DNA of 64,000 nucleotides, from positions 5,812-69,811 of the forward strand of contig CALXZH010000032.1 in the NCBI GenBank assembly GCA_944393175.1. Reading direction: 5' to 3'. The stretch comes from an uncultured Alphaproteobacteria bacterium (GTDB taxonomy: Bacteria; Pseudomonadota; Alphaproteobacteria; RF32; CAG-239). The stretch's first letter is position 1; each line of letters begins with the position of its first letter. The position numbers and the translations under genes were made by a program. This document shows positions 26,801 to 36,961 of this stretch, piece after piece. Under the pieces are notes generated by a model. That model saw nothing but the letters and a program-made list of their open reading frames with translations. It did not search any database and was not told where the DNA came from.

Positions 26801-27559
26801 TTAGAGTGTTTCTACCTCGGCTTGAGAGTATCTGGTTACCGTAAAGCCTATCGGATTGATGAGTCTTAAGCCCACAAATTCGCGTCCGGGCATAAAAAAT
26901 GATGTGACGGATGCCGTCCAATATTTTACGGTTAATATTCTTGCTCGTGTCTTTTTATCAACCGCGTATTTGGATAATTCATAAGTTTTGAAATCTACTT
27001 TCCAGACCGGGCTTCTTTCGCCGCCTTGCTTACCGATTGATATAATTTCTACTTCACGAACTATGCCGTCGTGTCGCATTGTTTGCCATATACTGTCGCG
27101 ATATTCTTCAAACGCACTGTATACACGCGGTGCCGATAAAAAATTTAACATTCCTCCGGGATACCAGCGCGCCTGCATTTCCCTTTCGTCATCTATTATC
27201 GTGTTTCTTAATATGACATATTGTGCAACAAAGGTTTCCATTAGCTGATTTTTGGAGGCCATATTGTTGGTAATGGCTTCAGCCCTGACAATGCCTTCCG
27301 AAGTGTCTTGATTGATAATTAAAAACGGCTCTACCGAAACTTGCGGTGCTAGTTTAAATAAGGCCAGCGACATGCTCATAAACCCTAAAAGCGCAATTAT
27401 TGCAAAAAGAATAAAGAGCCTTGAAAGCCACATATAATATTTTAGTTTGAAACTTGATTTTTCCTGCTCCGTTTCGCTGATAAACTCATGCACTTGCCCA
27501 CTCGAATCCGTCAAAGACAGAATCTTGGCTCCTTCTAATTGTGGGTTCATTTCTCGCAT
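26801..27559 (-). CDS. virB8: VirB8-like paralogue (252 aa)
   Basis: Same architecture: a TM helix LFILFAIIALLGFMSMSLALF and a C-terminal LINPIGFTVTRYS. Confidence 0.75.
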   Translation of the reverse strand: MREMNPQLEGAKILSLTDSSGQVHEFISETEQEKSSFKLKYYMWLSRLFILFAIIALLGFMSMSLALFKLAPQVSVEPFLIINQDTSEGIVRAEAITNNMASKNQLMETFVAQYVILRNTIIDDEREMQARWYPGGMLNFLSAPRVYSAFEEYRDSIWQTMRHDGIVREVEIISIGKQGGERSPVWKVDFKTYELSKYAVDKKTRARILTVKYWTASVTSFFMPGREFVGLRLINPIGFTVTRYSQAEVETL

Positions 27560-27574
27560 CAGTTTCCTCTTATC

Positions 27575-30500
27575 CTAATAGGCCGCGCAGAATGGTATCG
27601 GATATTCACTTAATTGTTTTTCAAACTCTTCGTCTGCTTTCTTTTTATATTCGGTTGTTACTTGACGATTTACCTCTTCGGTTTTTATTCTTTCATCAAG
27701 TTCAGAACCGCTGTCCGTGGTATCACTTATTGATATGTAGGCTTCTTTATCTTTACTCAAAGCAGTAAATATATTCTTAATTTTGTCATATCTCTCTTCA
27801 ACTACGGCATTGTCCGTAATATTTATTCCCGCCAGACCTTCGTCTATTTCTTGTAAAAGTTCGTTTTTGTAGCGGTTTAAAGTCTCTTTGGTTAAATCAT
27901 AGTCTTCTTGTTTGGCTAAATCATAATCCGCACTCGGCTCAAATCCTATTTTCTCAAACTGTTCAAACAAGTCTTCTTTGGCTTCGTCCGCGCTCATTTT
28001 TAACTCTTCCATTGCTTGGCGATAGCTTTGTTCTTGTTCAACAAAACTTAAGAAATTGCCTATTTGGTTATGATCAAGAAATGCTTTTTGATAAACCACG
28101 TCTTGCATATTTTCTTCATAAGAAGAACTATCCTCTTGTTCTTTAGCCATTTTTTGCAAGCGGGCAAAGACTTCTTCTGGGGCATCATTATAGTAGATGC
28201 CTTTATCGGTGGCTTTGAGGAGGGTGCCTAACTCACTATGAGGTGAATTTCCAGAATATGCTTGCAAAGTATCAACTTTTGCAGGGGCACTGACATCTTT
28301 GGTCTTGTCTTTTATGGTCATATAAAGCTTTCCTAACAATCCCTCACCGTTTTCCAAAGTTATATCTTTGCATTCGGGCAAAGTTGACATATCGTCCGGA
28401 CGATAGCTTTGCTCTTCCTCGGAAGATTTAACCGGCAACGACCTACTGGTATAAATGGTAAATTCTCCGCTTTTGTCTCGTACATCTACAATCATGTCAT
28501 CTAATCGGCAAGGATACCTGCCGCCACGCATAAAGCTTGCAACCTCATCACCTTCCGAAAGAAGGGTTTTTAAATCTATATCTTTATCAACAAAGGCTTT
28601 GTTGCTGAGTATTAATTTCCATATTTCCGGAATTTGTGCACCGCTGTTTAGGAATCCGTCTTTGCTGATTCCTCCGTCCGTACTTTGAGGAATATTATCA
28701 TGGTCAACATCATCAAAATGGACTATTTCTCTTAACGGCGGTAAATATTCTTGCAATGAATTTTTGGGAGCCAGAAAATCTCTTGATTTGGCATATGCTC
28801 CGACAAAATATTCACTATCGGCCTGTTTACAGCTGTCATTTTGGCAGACTTTCTCCAACATGAGTTTTTGGAACATCGAACTGAGCGGTTTGATTATGGA
28901 GTTGGTTTTGGCATAACTGCTCAGAGAGGACGAATATTGACTTAAGCCCTCTATCGGCAGTGATTGCAACTTGGTCATCAAATTTGCATGTATTTGAACA
29001 ATTTGGCTGCCATAAGCTCCAATATAAACTTCATCGCCTAAATTTAATATTGACTTTTTGGCATCATCTACCAGCTGCTCGGCATAGCTCTTGGTATCAT
29101 CCGTCAGATTTGTGGCTACTTCCAAAATATGCAACAGGCTGAAGGGCGGCGTCAGTCCGTCAAGACCGGGTACGGGTAAGCCTATTTTCTCTTGATAATA
29201 GCTTATCAAATCCAACGTTTTTTTGGCTTGGCGCTTTTGTTCAATGTAAGCTTGTGCCTCGGATAATTTTTGGTTATAGGCACTTTCTATCTCTTGAACC
29301 TGATTAATGTAATCTTGCTCAATTGCCGATATTTGTTCTTCAATTGCATCTAATTTAGAATTAAGTTGCTTTATTTCTTCATTTTTTTGATCAACCAAAA
29401 CTTTGGTTTCATCGGCCAATTCTTGATTTTTGGCTGCTGTTGCCAGATTTTCAGACTTTAACTCTTCGGCCAAAGTCATATTTTCGCCTTCTTCCAAGTT
29501 CAGCTCTTGCGTTTCTTTGGTTTCTTCTTCCGTATAGTCAATCGTTTGAGCGGCAACAGTTTCTTGGGTTGCAACGTCTTCTGCCTCGTAGTTTGTTTTT
29601 TCTATTTCTTGACCGACTTGCGAATCCAACTCAGCATCTAATTTTGCTTTTTCAGAAGCATAAGAAATCGGATACTGCGCCCCAAAGTACAGTGTTTCGC
29701 TTAAGCGATATTTTGACACATTTTGCGGCTGATAATTACGGTTGTCACTGAATGGCCGTGTGCGGAATAATTGTTTCTTTTCACTACTGTTTTCACTGGT
29801 GGATGATGATTGTTCTAAGGTTTCCGGATATAAGCTGACGGCACCTTCAGAATTGCTGTTCACTTGCGTCGGCATTAAATTTTGTTGATTTTTTACTTTA
29901 TAATTCAATTTTTGAATTTTGTCCGTATAGTCTTGGATAGCCTCTTGCGTATCAAACAAAACATCTTCTTCTTTTTCTTCGTTATATTCGCTTGAATATG
30001 TCGTCTTGTTTTTTTCAGGGCTTACTTCGTAGCTTTGCGTTGTATATTCAACATCTGTTTTTGTGACGGTGTTGTCTGAAATATCTCCTCTTCTTTCTTC
30101 AAGATATTTTATTTGCTTTGATTGTACATCCGCATTGGTTTGGGCCGACAGCTTGTTTTGCTGATAAGTATTTAGCTGTTCACTATAGTCAGAAGCCAGC
30201 GTACTGGCGCGATCCAATTGTGATTGAAGCGTTTTTTTCTGATTTTCAAGCGATTGCAACCTAGAATTTTTACTTTGAAGAGCTTGATCAAGCAGTTTAT
30301 CTCGATTATTTTCCAATTCCGTTAAAACTGATGAGGGATCAGAGTAACTCTCCTGCTTTAAGCTTGATGCCAGTTTATCAAGTCCGGCTTGGTTGTTGGC
30401 TCTTTCATCTTCATCTTCTACCAACATATTATTTAACGGATAAGCTATCTCAACAATCAGGCTGCTTACATCAAATTGCTGCAAATAATCTTTAATATTA

Positions 30501-32539
30501 TTATATTTGCCGGTGATGTATTGATTATAAAAACTAATCTGATCATTCCAAATTGGGAAATTTTTCGTCGGTTTTGCCCATTGCGGCGTACTTTTATATT
30601 GGTCTTCAACCAATAATTTTGCAGCCTCAGCACCTATATTAAACGAGATAAGCTGAGATTCTCTCGTGGATTTTTCAACTTCTTCGGTTTGGCTCGGATT
30701 GGCCAGACCACTGTTGTTTTGTTTTTCTATGTCTTTTTGCAGCTTATCAGCACTGTTGGCATCATCCAAATCAACATCCATATCCAATTCCATAGTTCCT
30801 AAATCATCAGGTTCTATCGGTGTGCTTTCTTCAGATTTTGCCAAAGTAAACGCTTCTATTGCCCAACCAGATATTCCTTGTCTGGCATCATAATCATTAA
30901 CGGCGGCATCGGCCATATCCCCTTTCCAAACTTTTTCAGGAGAGGCATATCTTCTGCCTAAATATTGTATTGCACATTTATCTGCATCTTCAACCGCAGC
31001 TATTGCTTTGTCGTGGAGCTTTTTATATTGTTCGTAGCTCTTAAAAATTTCCTGATAGCTATCCAATGATTGTAACAGATTATGAACAATTAGAGCCTCT
31101 TGCGCTTTGTCATAAACCGGTGCGATTTTATCTAACTCTAACATTTTTTCTTCATTGCCGGCAAAAGGTGAAGATATTAGAGGCTTATCCGCATCTGCAA
31201 AAGTAACATTTCCATAAATTGTCGGGTCATAGACATAATCTTCGTCATCATCATCATCATCTTCTTCTGCTGCTGAAGCCGAAATTGCCGCATTTTGATT
31301 TATTTGTTGTTGGGTAGTCAAACCAACAGGTAATGAAACTTGTGTTTTTGTGACAGATGAATTGCTGAGCGTATTGATTGGTAGAGCAGAACCGGCAGTC
31401 GTTCCTGACGTGCTTACATTCAAGCTTTTTGCGCTTCCCGTCGAGCTAACACTTCCCATTGCTGCCGGTTGGGCGGCTACGCTTGACGTGCTGAGACTCA
31501 AGCTTTTTGCACTCCATGTTGAGCTAACACTTCCCATTGCTGCCGGTTGGGCGGCTACACTTGATGTGCTGAGAGTTGATTTATTGCTACTGCTTGCTGT
31601 ATTAAGAGTGCTTCCAGATACCGTTTGAAGTTGGACGCGGCTTTGCGAATTTGAAAGCAATTGTCCGAAAGCTAAGGTTTGACTCCGTGCAAATTTTCCG
31701 GTAGATGCTATCTTTATTTTTTCAGAGTTGATAAAATATGAAGTCTTTGCAGCTTCCTCTGCAGCCTTTTCTTTTGCCTTACGCTCTTTTTTGGTTAAAT
31801 AAGGTGCCGGTTCTACATTATTTTTAAGGAGCAATGCTGCTTCATATTGCATTTTCATTGCGATAACTTCTTGTGTTATTTTTAGGATGCTATCCATGGT
31901 TTCGTAAGCGTTGTAGGCATTCTTCCACACGCCGTTTTCATCTTCACCGCTTTCGGCACCGTCTCCTCCCGTACTACCGCCGGCAAAAGTCGTTGACAGC
32001 TTATCTACCTGTTGATTAAGGGTTACGAGTTCTTCTTCAAGGAGGCGTACCGACGTATAAATTTCAATTACGGTGTCCTGATAAAATTCTTCACCCTTTG
32101 CCTTATAGGCAACACATTTGGCAAAATCATCCGGACCTTCACATTTGGAAGGATAAGCCAAAAATAATGTGTAAAGTGCTTTTTTTACGTCTTCGGGATC
32201 ATAAATATCAGCAATTTTTGACTCTTGAATGGTCTTTGAACCTGGAATTGCTTGTTTCTCTTTCTTTTGAAAAAGGCCTCCCATAAAACCGGTAAATTTT
32301 CCTAAATAATTACTTTTGGCGGCTTTTACCGCTTTGGTCGCATTATTGGCATACGCCTGCATTTGCGCTGCATAATTTTGCGCAGTTGATGCTACGTTTT
32401 TTAAGGTAAAGGCAACATCCGTCGGCGCATCGACCGTCGGCGTTACCGGCCCGGGAGGTAGCAAAAAGGCTTGTGAAGATATACCGGAAATCACTACCAG
32501 CAAAGAAGAAAGCGTAATAATTTTCAAGAATTTAATCAT
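27575..32539 (-). CDS. Giant secreted coiled-coil / Ser-Thr-rich / acidic protein (1654 aa). Unknown, possibly a surface or secreted T4SS component or substrate.
   Basis: Signal peptide ITLSSLLVVISGISSQAFLL. A long ORF with a poly-Asp tract (EEDDDDDEDYVYD), an internal 72-bp duplicated repeat and extensive predicted coiled coils. It sits tightly within the operon. Confidence 0.55.
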   Translation of the reverse strand: MIKFLKIITLSSLLVVISGISSQAFLLPPGPVTPTVDAPTDVAFTLKNVASTAQNYAAQMQAYANNATKAVKAAKSNYLGKFTGFMGGLFQKKEKQAIPGSKTIQESKIADIYDPEDVKKALYTLFLAYPSKCEGPDDFAKCVAYKAKGEEFYQDTVIEIYTSVRLLEEELVTLNQQVDKLSTTFAGGSTGGDGAESGEDENGVWKNAYNAYETMDSILKITQEVIAMKMQYEAALLLKNNVEPAPYLTKKERKAKEKAAEEAAKTSYFINSEKIKIASTGKFARSQTLAFGQLLSNSQSRVQLQTVSGSTLNTASSSNKSTLSTSSVAAQPAAMGSVSSTWSAKSLSLSTSSVAAQPAAMGSVSSTGSAKSLNVSTSGTTAGSALPINTLSNSSVTKTQVSLPVGLTTQQQINQNAAISASAAEEDDDDDDEDYVYDPTIYGNVTFADADKPLISSPFAGNEEKMLELDKIAPVYDKAQEALIVHNLLQSLDSYQEIFKSYEQYKKLHDKAIAAVEDADKCAIQYLGRRYASPEKVWKGDMADAAVNDYDARQGISGWAIEAFTLAKSEESTPIEPDDLGTMELDMDVDLDDANSADKLQKDIEKQNNSGLANPSQTEEVEKSTRESQLISFNIGAEAAKLLVEDQYKSTPQWAKPTKNFPIWNDQISFYNQYITGKYNNIKDYLQQFDVSSLIVEIAYPLNNMLVEDEDERANNQAGLDKLASSLKQESYSDPSSVLTELENNRDKLLDQALQSKNSRLQSLENQKKTLQSQLDRASTLASDYSEQLNTYQQNKLSAQTNADVQSKQIKYLEERRGDISDNTVTKTDVEYTTQSYEVSPEKNKTTYSSEYNEEKEEDVLFDTQEAIQDYTDKIQKLNYKVKNQQNLMPTQVNSNSEGAVSLYPETLEQSSSTSENSSEKKQLFRTRPFSDNRNYQPQNVSKYRLSETLYFGAQYPISYASEKAKLDAELDSQVGQEIEKTNYEAEDVATQETVAAQTIDYTEEETKETQELNLEEGENMTLAEELKSENLATAAKNQELADETKVLVDQKNEEIKQLNSKLDAIEEQISAIEQDYINQVQEIESAYNQKLSEAQAYIEQKRQAKKTLDLISYYQEKIGLPVPGLDGLTPPFSLLHILEVATNLTDDTKSYAEQLVDDAKKSILNLGDEVYIGAYGSQIVQIHANLMTKLQSLPIEGLSQYSSSLSSYAKTNSIIKPLSSMFQKLMLEKVCQNDSCKQADSEYFVGAYAKSRDFLAPKNSLQEYLPPLREIVHFDDVDHDNIPQSTDGGISKDGFLNSGAQIPEIWKLILSNKAFVDKDIDLKTLLSEGDEVASFMRGGRYPCRLDDMIVDVRDKSGEFTIYTSRSLPVKSSEEEQSYRPDDMSTLPECKDITLENGEGLLGKLYMTIKDKTKDVSAPAKVDTLQAYSGNSPHSELGTLLKATDKGIYYNDAPEEVFARLQKMAKEQEDSSSYEENMQDVVYQKAFLDHNQIGNFLSFVEQEQSYRQAMEELKMSADEAKEDLFEQFEKIGFEPSADYDLAKQEDYDLTKETLNRYKNELLQEIDEGLAGINITDNAVVEERYDKIKNIFTALSKDKEAYISISDTTDSGSELDERIKTEEVNRQVTTEYKKKADEEFEKQLSEYPIPFCAAY
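31395..31580 (-). repeat. Two-plus copies of a roughly 72-75-bp coding repeat (STSSVAAQPAAMGSVSSTGSAKSL)
   Basis: acacttcccattgctgccggttgggcggctac.cttga.gtgctgaga occurs twice in tandem. Confidence 0.75.
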
Positions 32540-32549
32540 TATTTTCTCC

Positions 32550-33920
32550 TTACCATTGTATTCCCGATATATCTAAGTCAGATATATCTCCCGATGAAAT
32601 GTTGCCGGCTTGGCTTTGTATGGTCTTTACGCCTTCTGCCGCATCTTTGGCTATATTTAGTATGTTTTCTTTGGTTAATTTGCTCGGTTTCTTGTATTTG
32701 TAGTCATCCAAATTAAATTGGGTCACATCTTTACTCGGATTTCTTAACTTATATACATTCAAATTAGCCAAATCTGATGCCGTACGTAATTTCATATCTT
32801 CTATTAATAACTGCGTATATAACAGAAGCGACTTCATATTTTTTACTTTTAACTGGGTATCCATTGCTATGGCCGCGCTTGAGGCTTCCATCTGCGGAAC
32901 ATTTGAGGCTTTTGTATCTGCATCTTCACTATCTTCACCTCGATTTGCTCTGGCTTGTAAAGCCACTGCATAGGCTTGTATAACATCGCTGGCCTGCGTT
33001 TTTGAACGATAGCTGGTGATGCGGTTAATCGCTTGAGCCGTCAGCTCTTCCTTCTCAGGTACAAAATTGTTTGAAATGGTGGCATTTAACTCTGCAGCTG
33101 ATTGATTATTTCCAAATAAAGAGCCTGCTATGCTATAGGCATCAGATGCAAGACTCATGCTGTCTTCGGCAGCTGCCGCTTGAACTTCTTGAATTTGCTT
33201 ATCAACAGCAGCAACTTTTTCTTCATAGGCGGCCTTTTCTTTTTCTTCATTTGCTTCATATTCAGTTTGCAATTGGCGTATGGCCTCATTATTGGCAATA
33301 ATTTTTTCCTCTAAGGCCTCTTTTTGACTTGGATCTTGCGTTATCATTTGTTGGTAGGTTGCGTTGTTATCCTGATATGATTTTACTTTGCCTTCATATT
33401 CTGTCTTTCGGGTTTCGGCGGCAGTGTTATATTCCGTTTCAAGACTGGTCTTTTCACTTTTGAGACTTAGCAATTGTTGTGCCGATTGTGTTTTATCTGC
33501 TACGGAACTTACAGCAGAGATTGCTCCTCCGGCAGCACTTCCAATACCTCCGGTTGCAGCACCGAGTGCGTCCGTACCCAGACTACTTACTTCACTCGTG
33601 ATTTCACCGGCGGCAGTCGTTACCGCGTTTTTGGCAGAGTTAACGGCGCTGGTTGTCTGTTCTATGCTCGCTTTTATGCTATCTGCTTGTTCTTTAAGCA
33701 TTTTAGCTGTTTCAATGGCCCCTTTACCATAGGCTATCATGGTTTGAATGGTGGTAGATTCTTCAACCCATTTTTGCGCATCTTCTGCCCAGCCGCTTAC
33801 CGTGTCCACTACTTTGTTTGCCGTTCCCGAAAAATCAAACTTAATGCCGGCTTGTGCGGCTTGAGGACTCAATATACTTAGGCTAAAAAAGAGTATGGAA
33901 AGACTCAGACGTTTGATCAT
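32550..33920 (-). CDS. Secreted coiled-coil protein (456 aa), candidate VirB5-like (minor pilin or adhesin) component
   Basis: Signal peptide LSILFFSLSILSPQAAQA. Helical A/E/K-rich sequence. It lies between virB4 and virB8, where virB5 sits in canonical operons. Confidence 0.35.
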   Translation of the reverse strand: MIKRLSLSILFFSLSILSPQAAQAGIKFDFSGTANKVVDTVSGWAEDAQKWVEESTTIQTMIAYGKGAIETAKMLKEQADSIKASIEQTTSAVNSAKNAVTTAAGEITSEVSSLGTDALGAATGGIGSAAGGAISAVSSVADKTQSAQQLLSLKSEKTSLETEYNTAAETRKTEYEGKVKSYQDNNATYQQMITQDPSQKEALEEKIIANNEAIRQLQTEYEANEEKEKAAYEEKVAAVDKQIQEVQAAAAEDSMSLASDAYSIAGSLFGNNQSAAELNATISNNFVPEKEELTAQAINRITSYRSKTQASDVIQAYAVALQARANRGEDSEDADTKASNVPQMEASSAAIAMDTQLKVKNMKSLLLYTQLLIEDMKLRTASDLANLNVYKLRNPSKDVTQFNLDDYKYKKPSKLTKENILNIAKDAAEGVKTIQSQAGNISSGDISDLDISGIQW

Positions 33921-34759
33921 TCTTCTTCCTCCTCTTGGGCATAGCTATATTGGCGTGCTTGCTGTGTCATATTAAATTCAAAAAGCATGGCTTGCATTAA
34001 CATTATTTTACGAAAGCGTTTTACCATTTCCGTTGCTTTGTCTTTTGTGCTTTGAATAATGTCACGAGTGTCTTTTTTATCTTTGTCTTCTGCATTTTCT
34101 TTGGCTAAATTGGTGCGTATTGTAAATGCCGTGGCATATAAATTGGCAAAATTTTCACGCTGGATTTCATCCATTTTTTCTTCCTGCTCTCGATTAATGG
34201 CTACTAAGTCCGTCGTAGCACTGGTTGAAGAGGAAGATTCACTTGATGATTGTGCGGCATCGGTGTTTGAAGAACTGTCTGCGCTTGCGGCTGATGTTGC
34301 CGTTGCCGTAGATTTTGGCTTTTGCATAAAATAATTCTTTTGAATTGCTGCACCGAGTTCTTCCATATTATTGGTATCTATTTCCGTGGTAAATCCGGGC
34401 ATTTTACTGCCGATTGAGGCAAGTGCTCCTTCAGGGTCGGCCGCTATACTTTCGGGATTGTTGGCTAAATTTTTTGCTGTGTCTACCTTTTCTTTGGCGG
34501 CATTTATATTTGCTTCCGCCTCACTTTTTACATCGCTGACGGTTTTGGCTGCATCTTTAACCGGGCCTGCTACACCTTCGGCTGCCGAACGTAAATCTGA
34601 TTGTAATTGATTTAACTCCTCTTGAACACCCTTGGCTTCTTCAATTCCTGTTCTTATTGTACCCATAACACCTTGAGGAGCTTCTATGTCCGCATAAGCG
34701 ACAGGGCTCAAAATAACCATGCTCAGAAGAAATAGAGGATATGTCAGATATTTTAACAT
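33917..34759 (-). CDS. Secreted coiled-coil protein (about 280 aa), candidate VirB5-like component
   Basis: Signal peptide MLKYLTYPLFLLSMVILSPVAYA from the ATG at 34759, immediately after the upstream stop (TAAAATG). The track start 34804 is an alternative. Confidence 0.35.
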   Translation of the reverse strand: MLKYLTYPLFLLSMVILSPVAYADIEAPQGVMGTIRTGIEEAKGVQEELNQLQSDLRSAAEGVAGPVKDAAKTVSDVKSEAEANINAAKEKVDTAKNLANNPESIAADPEGALASIGSKMPGFTTEIDTNNMEELGAAIQKNYFMQKPKSTATATSAASADSSSNTDAAQSSSESSSSTSATTDLVAINREQEEKMDEIQRENFANLYATAFTIRTNLAKENAEDKDKKDTRDIIQSTKDKATEMVKRFRKIMLMQAMLFEFNMTQQARQYSYAQEEEEE

Positions 34760-34760
34760 T

Positions 34761-36893
34761 TTATGCTCCCTGATCCTCATTTCCACTACTGTCTTCACTG
34801 CCATCCTCGCCCAAACTTTCTTTGGTCAGAGAGCTGATTTGATTCATGGCATCCAGCGATAATTGGGTTGCCGCTATGGTGATTAATTTGTTGAGCAACA
34901 CTTGAATCTCTTTATTGGTGAGAGCCAATACACTGCTGTCATCTCGACTGGTTGAAGCGCTGCCTGCTTGTTCTTCAAATTTGTTCAGGACCTCGTCTTC
35001 ATAATTGGCGGCAATATTTTTCATTTGCATACTTTCCGCAACTGTTGATACTATGGATTCTGCAATTACCTTGTTGGTCATTTTTTTACCTTCTTCGGCA
35101 ACCTGATTGTCGTCATCCGATTGGTCGCGAATCATTCCCTTTACGCAATTTTCCATCACACTTGGGTCTTCCAACTTATCAACACCTATGTTGCAATGCC
35201 ATACCAAGCTCTCAGGAATAATGGTTTCATCATATTGTCCGTTATTAATAATGCCGTCAGGAACATAATCTTCTCCACTGCCGGTATCTTCGGCACCAAA
35301 CATTAACGTTGAAGTCTTCTTATAGGAGGCTATCGTCACAGGGGCTGAAATATTTAGCCAAGCGCCCTTATCTAACTGCAAACCATTGTTTTTGATAATT
35401 GCTCTTTGACGGAAACCTTGAGAGTTTACATTTGTTTTGGTCGCAGATGATGTGGCTGCAGGCGTTGTTGACAGAGTTTTGACGCTAGATGAAGCCGCCG
35501 GAGTAGAAGTTGATGCTGCAGATGGAGGTGTCGAAGTTGCAACAGATGAAGTTGCTTTTTGCAAGGTAGTTCCTGACTGTAACGTATTGAGTTTTAGCGC
35601 TTTCGTGTTGCTGTTTTGAGTTTTGCTTCCCATTGATGCAGCAGATACATTGGAGACAGCCGAGGCAGCCGACGTATTTGCACCAGTGCTGAGTTGAACG
35701 CTTGCCGCGCTATTCTTTTGTAAAGTTCCTCCTTGCAAAGTTTGAACATTGCTCTTGACGGAGAAAGGTTTTCGAAGGCTTGCACCAACCGAATTTCCGG
35801 TTGAAGTTGAACTTTCAGTGCTGGAATTTTTACCTTCTTCGCTATTTTCGACAGCCAGACCACTTGCTTGCAAATTACTTCCCTGCAAAGTTTGAAGTTT
35901 TATGTTAGGCGTGTTGGTTTTTCCACCGCTGACTTGCGGTGTCATCATTTGGACATCGTCTAATTGCAACATTTCTTCTGCATTTGCATCGTCGGAAGAT
36001 GACATATCTTGTTGAGCGCTCGATGTATTCGCTGACAAAGAGGGCAATGCCGTTTGAACAGAAAGTGTGTTTGAAACATTCGGGCTGGACATTGAAGACA
36101 AACTTCCTCCGGTTGAAGCGCTGCTTGTCGGTAATTCATAGATTTTGGCATCCGAATTAATGCCAGCTTCATAATCGGCGACATAGTCATCAACGAAATT
36201 GCTTGATTGAGATTGGCTCGGAGAAGAAAGTCCGACTTGAGAAGTTACATTGCTGATTTGCCCTTGTGCAGAAGAAACCGCATCTTGTGCCGTGGCTATG
36301 GCTCCCGAGGCTACTTCTTTTGCATCCGATACCATTTGTTTGGCATCATCTATTTGTGACTTAACGTCTGATACCATTTGTTTTGCATCGTTTACTTGAG
36401 ACTTAACATCTTCCGCCATTTGTTTTGCTTCATCTATTTTTGATTTTGCATCTTGTGCAAATTCCTTAGCATCATTGACGATTTCTTTGGCGTCATCTAT
36501 TGCCTTTTTGGCTTTTTCCATTTTTTCTTTAGCTTCATCGGCCTTTTTCTTGGCATCTTCAAGCTTTTTCTTATTTTCTTCCAAACGTTTTTTCTGATCT
36601 TCTAATTTTTTGGCTTGATCTTTTATTTTTTGAAGATTATCACCGGCAAATTTTGATACCGAACTGACCGCATCGCCAATGGCACTATTCATTTTTCCGG
36701 CCAACTGCGTGGCTTCGGTAACTACTTTGGATTGTTTTACGAGCTCTACCTTTGAGGATATACTTTCTTTAATGGCCGTCATATCAAGTGTCGGCCATTG
36801 TGCATGAGCCGGGGAGGTCATAAGTACTAACATTGCAAATCCAATGTATAATACAAAATTTTTATTACCTTTAATATTCATCATAACCTCCAT
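34761..36893 (-). CDS. Secreted protein (710 aa) with an N-terminal coiled coil of 11-aa-type repeats, a long Ser/Thr-rich linker and a C-terminal globular domain
   Basis: Signal peptide FVLYIGFAMLVLMTSPAHAQ. Repeats DAKQMVSDVKSQIDDAKQM. An S/T-rich region (SSTSTGNSVGAS...). Confidence 0.5.
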   Translation of the reverse strand: MEVMMNIKGNKNFVLYIGFAMLVLMTSPAHAQWPTLDMTAIKESISSKVELVKQSKVVTEATQLAGKMNSAIGDAVSSVSKFAGDNLQKIKDQAKKLEDQKKRLEENKKKLEDAKKKADEAKEKMEKAKKAIDDAKEIVNDAKEFAQDAKSKIDEAKQMAEDVKSQVNDAKQMVSDVKSQIDDAKQMVSDAKEVASGAIATAQDAVSSAQGQISNVTSQVGLSSPSQSQSSNFVDDYVADYEAGINSDAKIYELPTSSASTGGSLSSMSSPNVSNTLSVQTALPSLSANTSSAQQDMSSSDDANAEEMLQLDDVQMMTPQVSGGKTNTPNIKLQTLQGSNLQASGLAVENSEEGKNSSTESSTSTGNSVGASLRKPFSVKSNVQTLQGGTLQKNSAASVQLSTGANTSAASAVSNVSAASMGSKTQNSNTKALKLNTLQSGTTLQKATSSVATSTPPSAASTSTPAASSSVKTLSTTPAATSSATKTNVNSQGFRQRAIIKNNGLQLDKGAWLNISAPVTIASYKKTSTLMFGAEDTGSGEDYVPDGIINNGQYDETIIPESLVWHCNIGVDKLEDPSVMENCVKGMIRDQSDDDNQVAEEGKKMTNKVIAESIVSTVAESMQMKNIAANYEDEVLNKFEEQAGSASTSRDDSSVLALTNKEIQVLLNKLITIAATQLSLDAMNQISSLTKESLGEDGSEDSSGNEDQGA

Positions 36894-36961
36894 ACGCCTT
36901 AAACCGTATATACTTCTATAATATCAAAAATTGCGCCGTTTATAAATCTTTATTATGCCTC

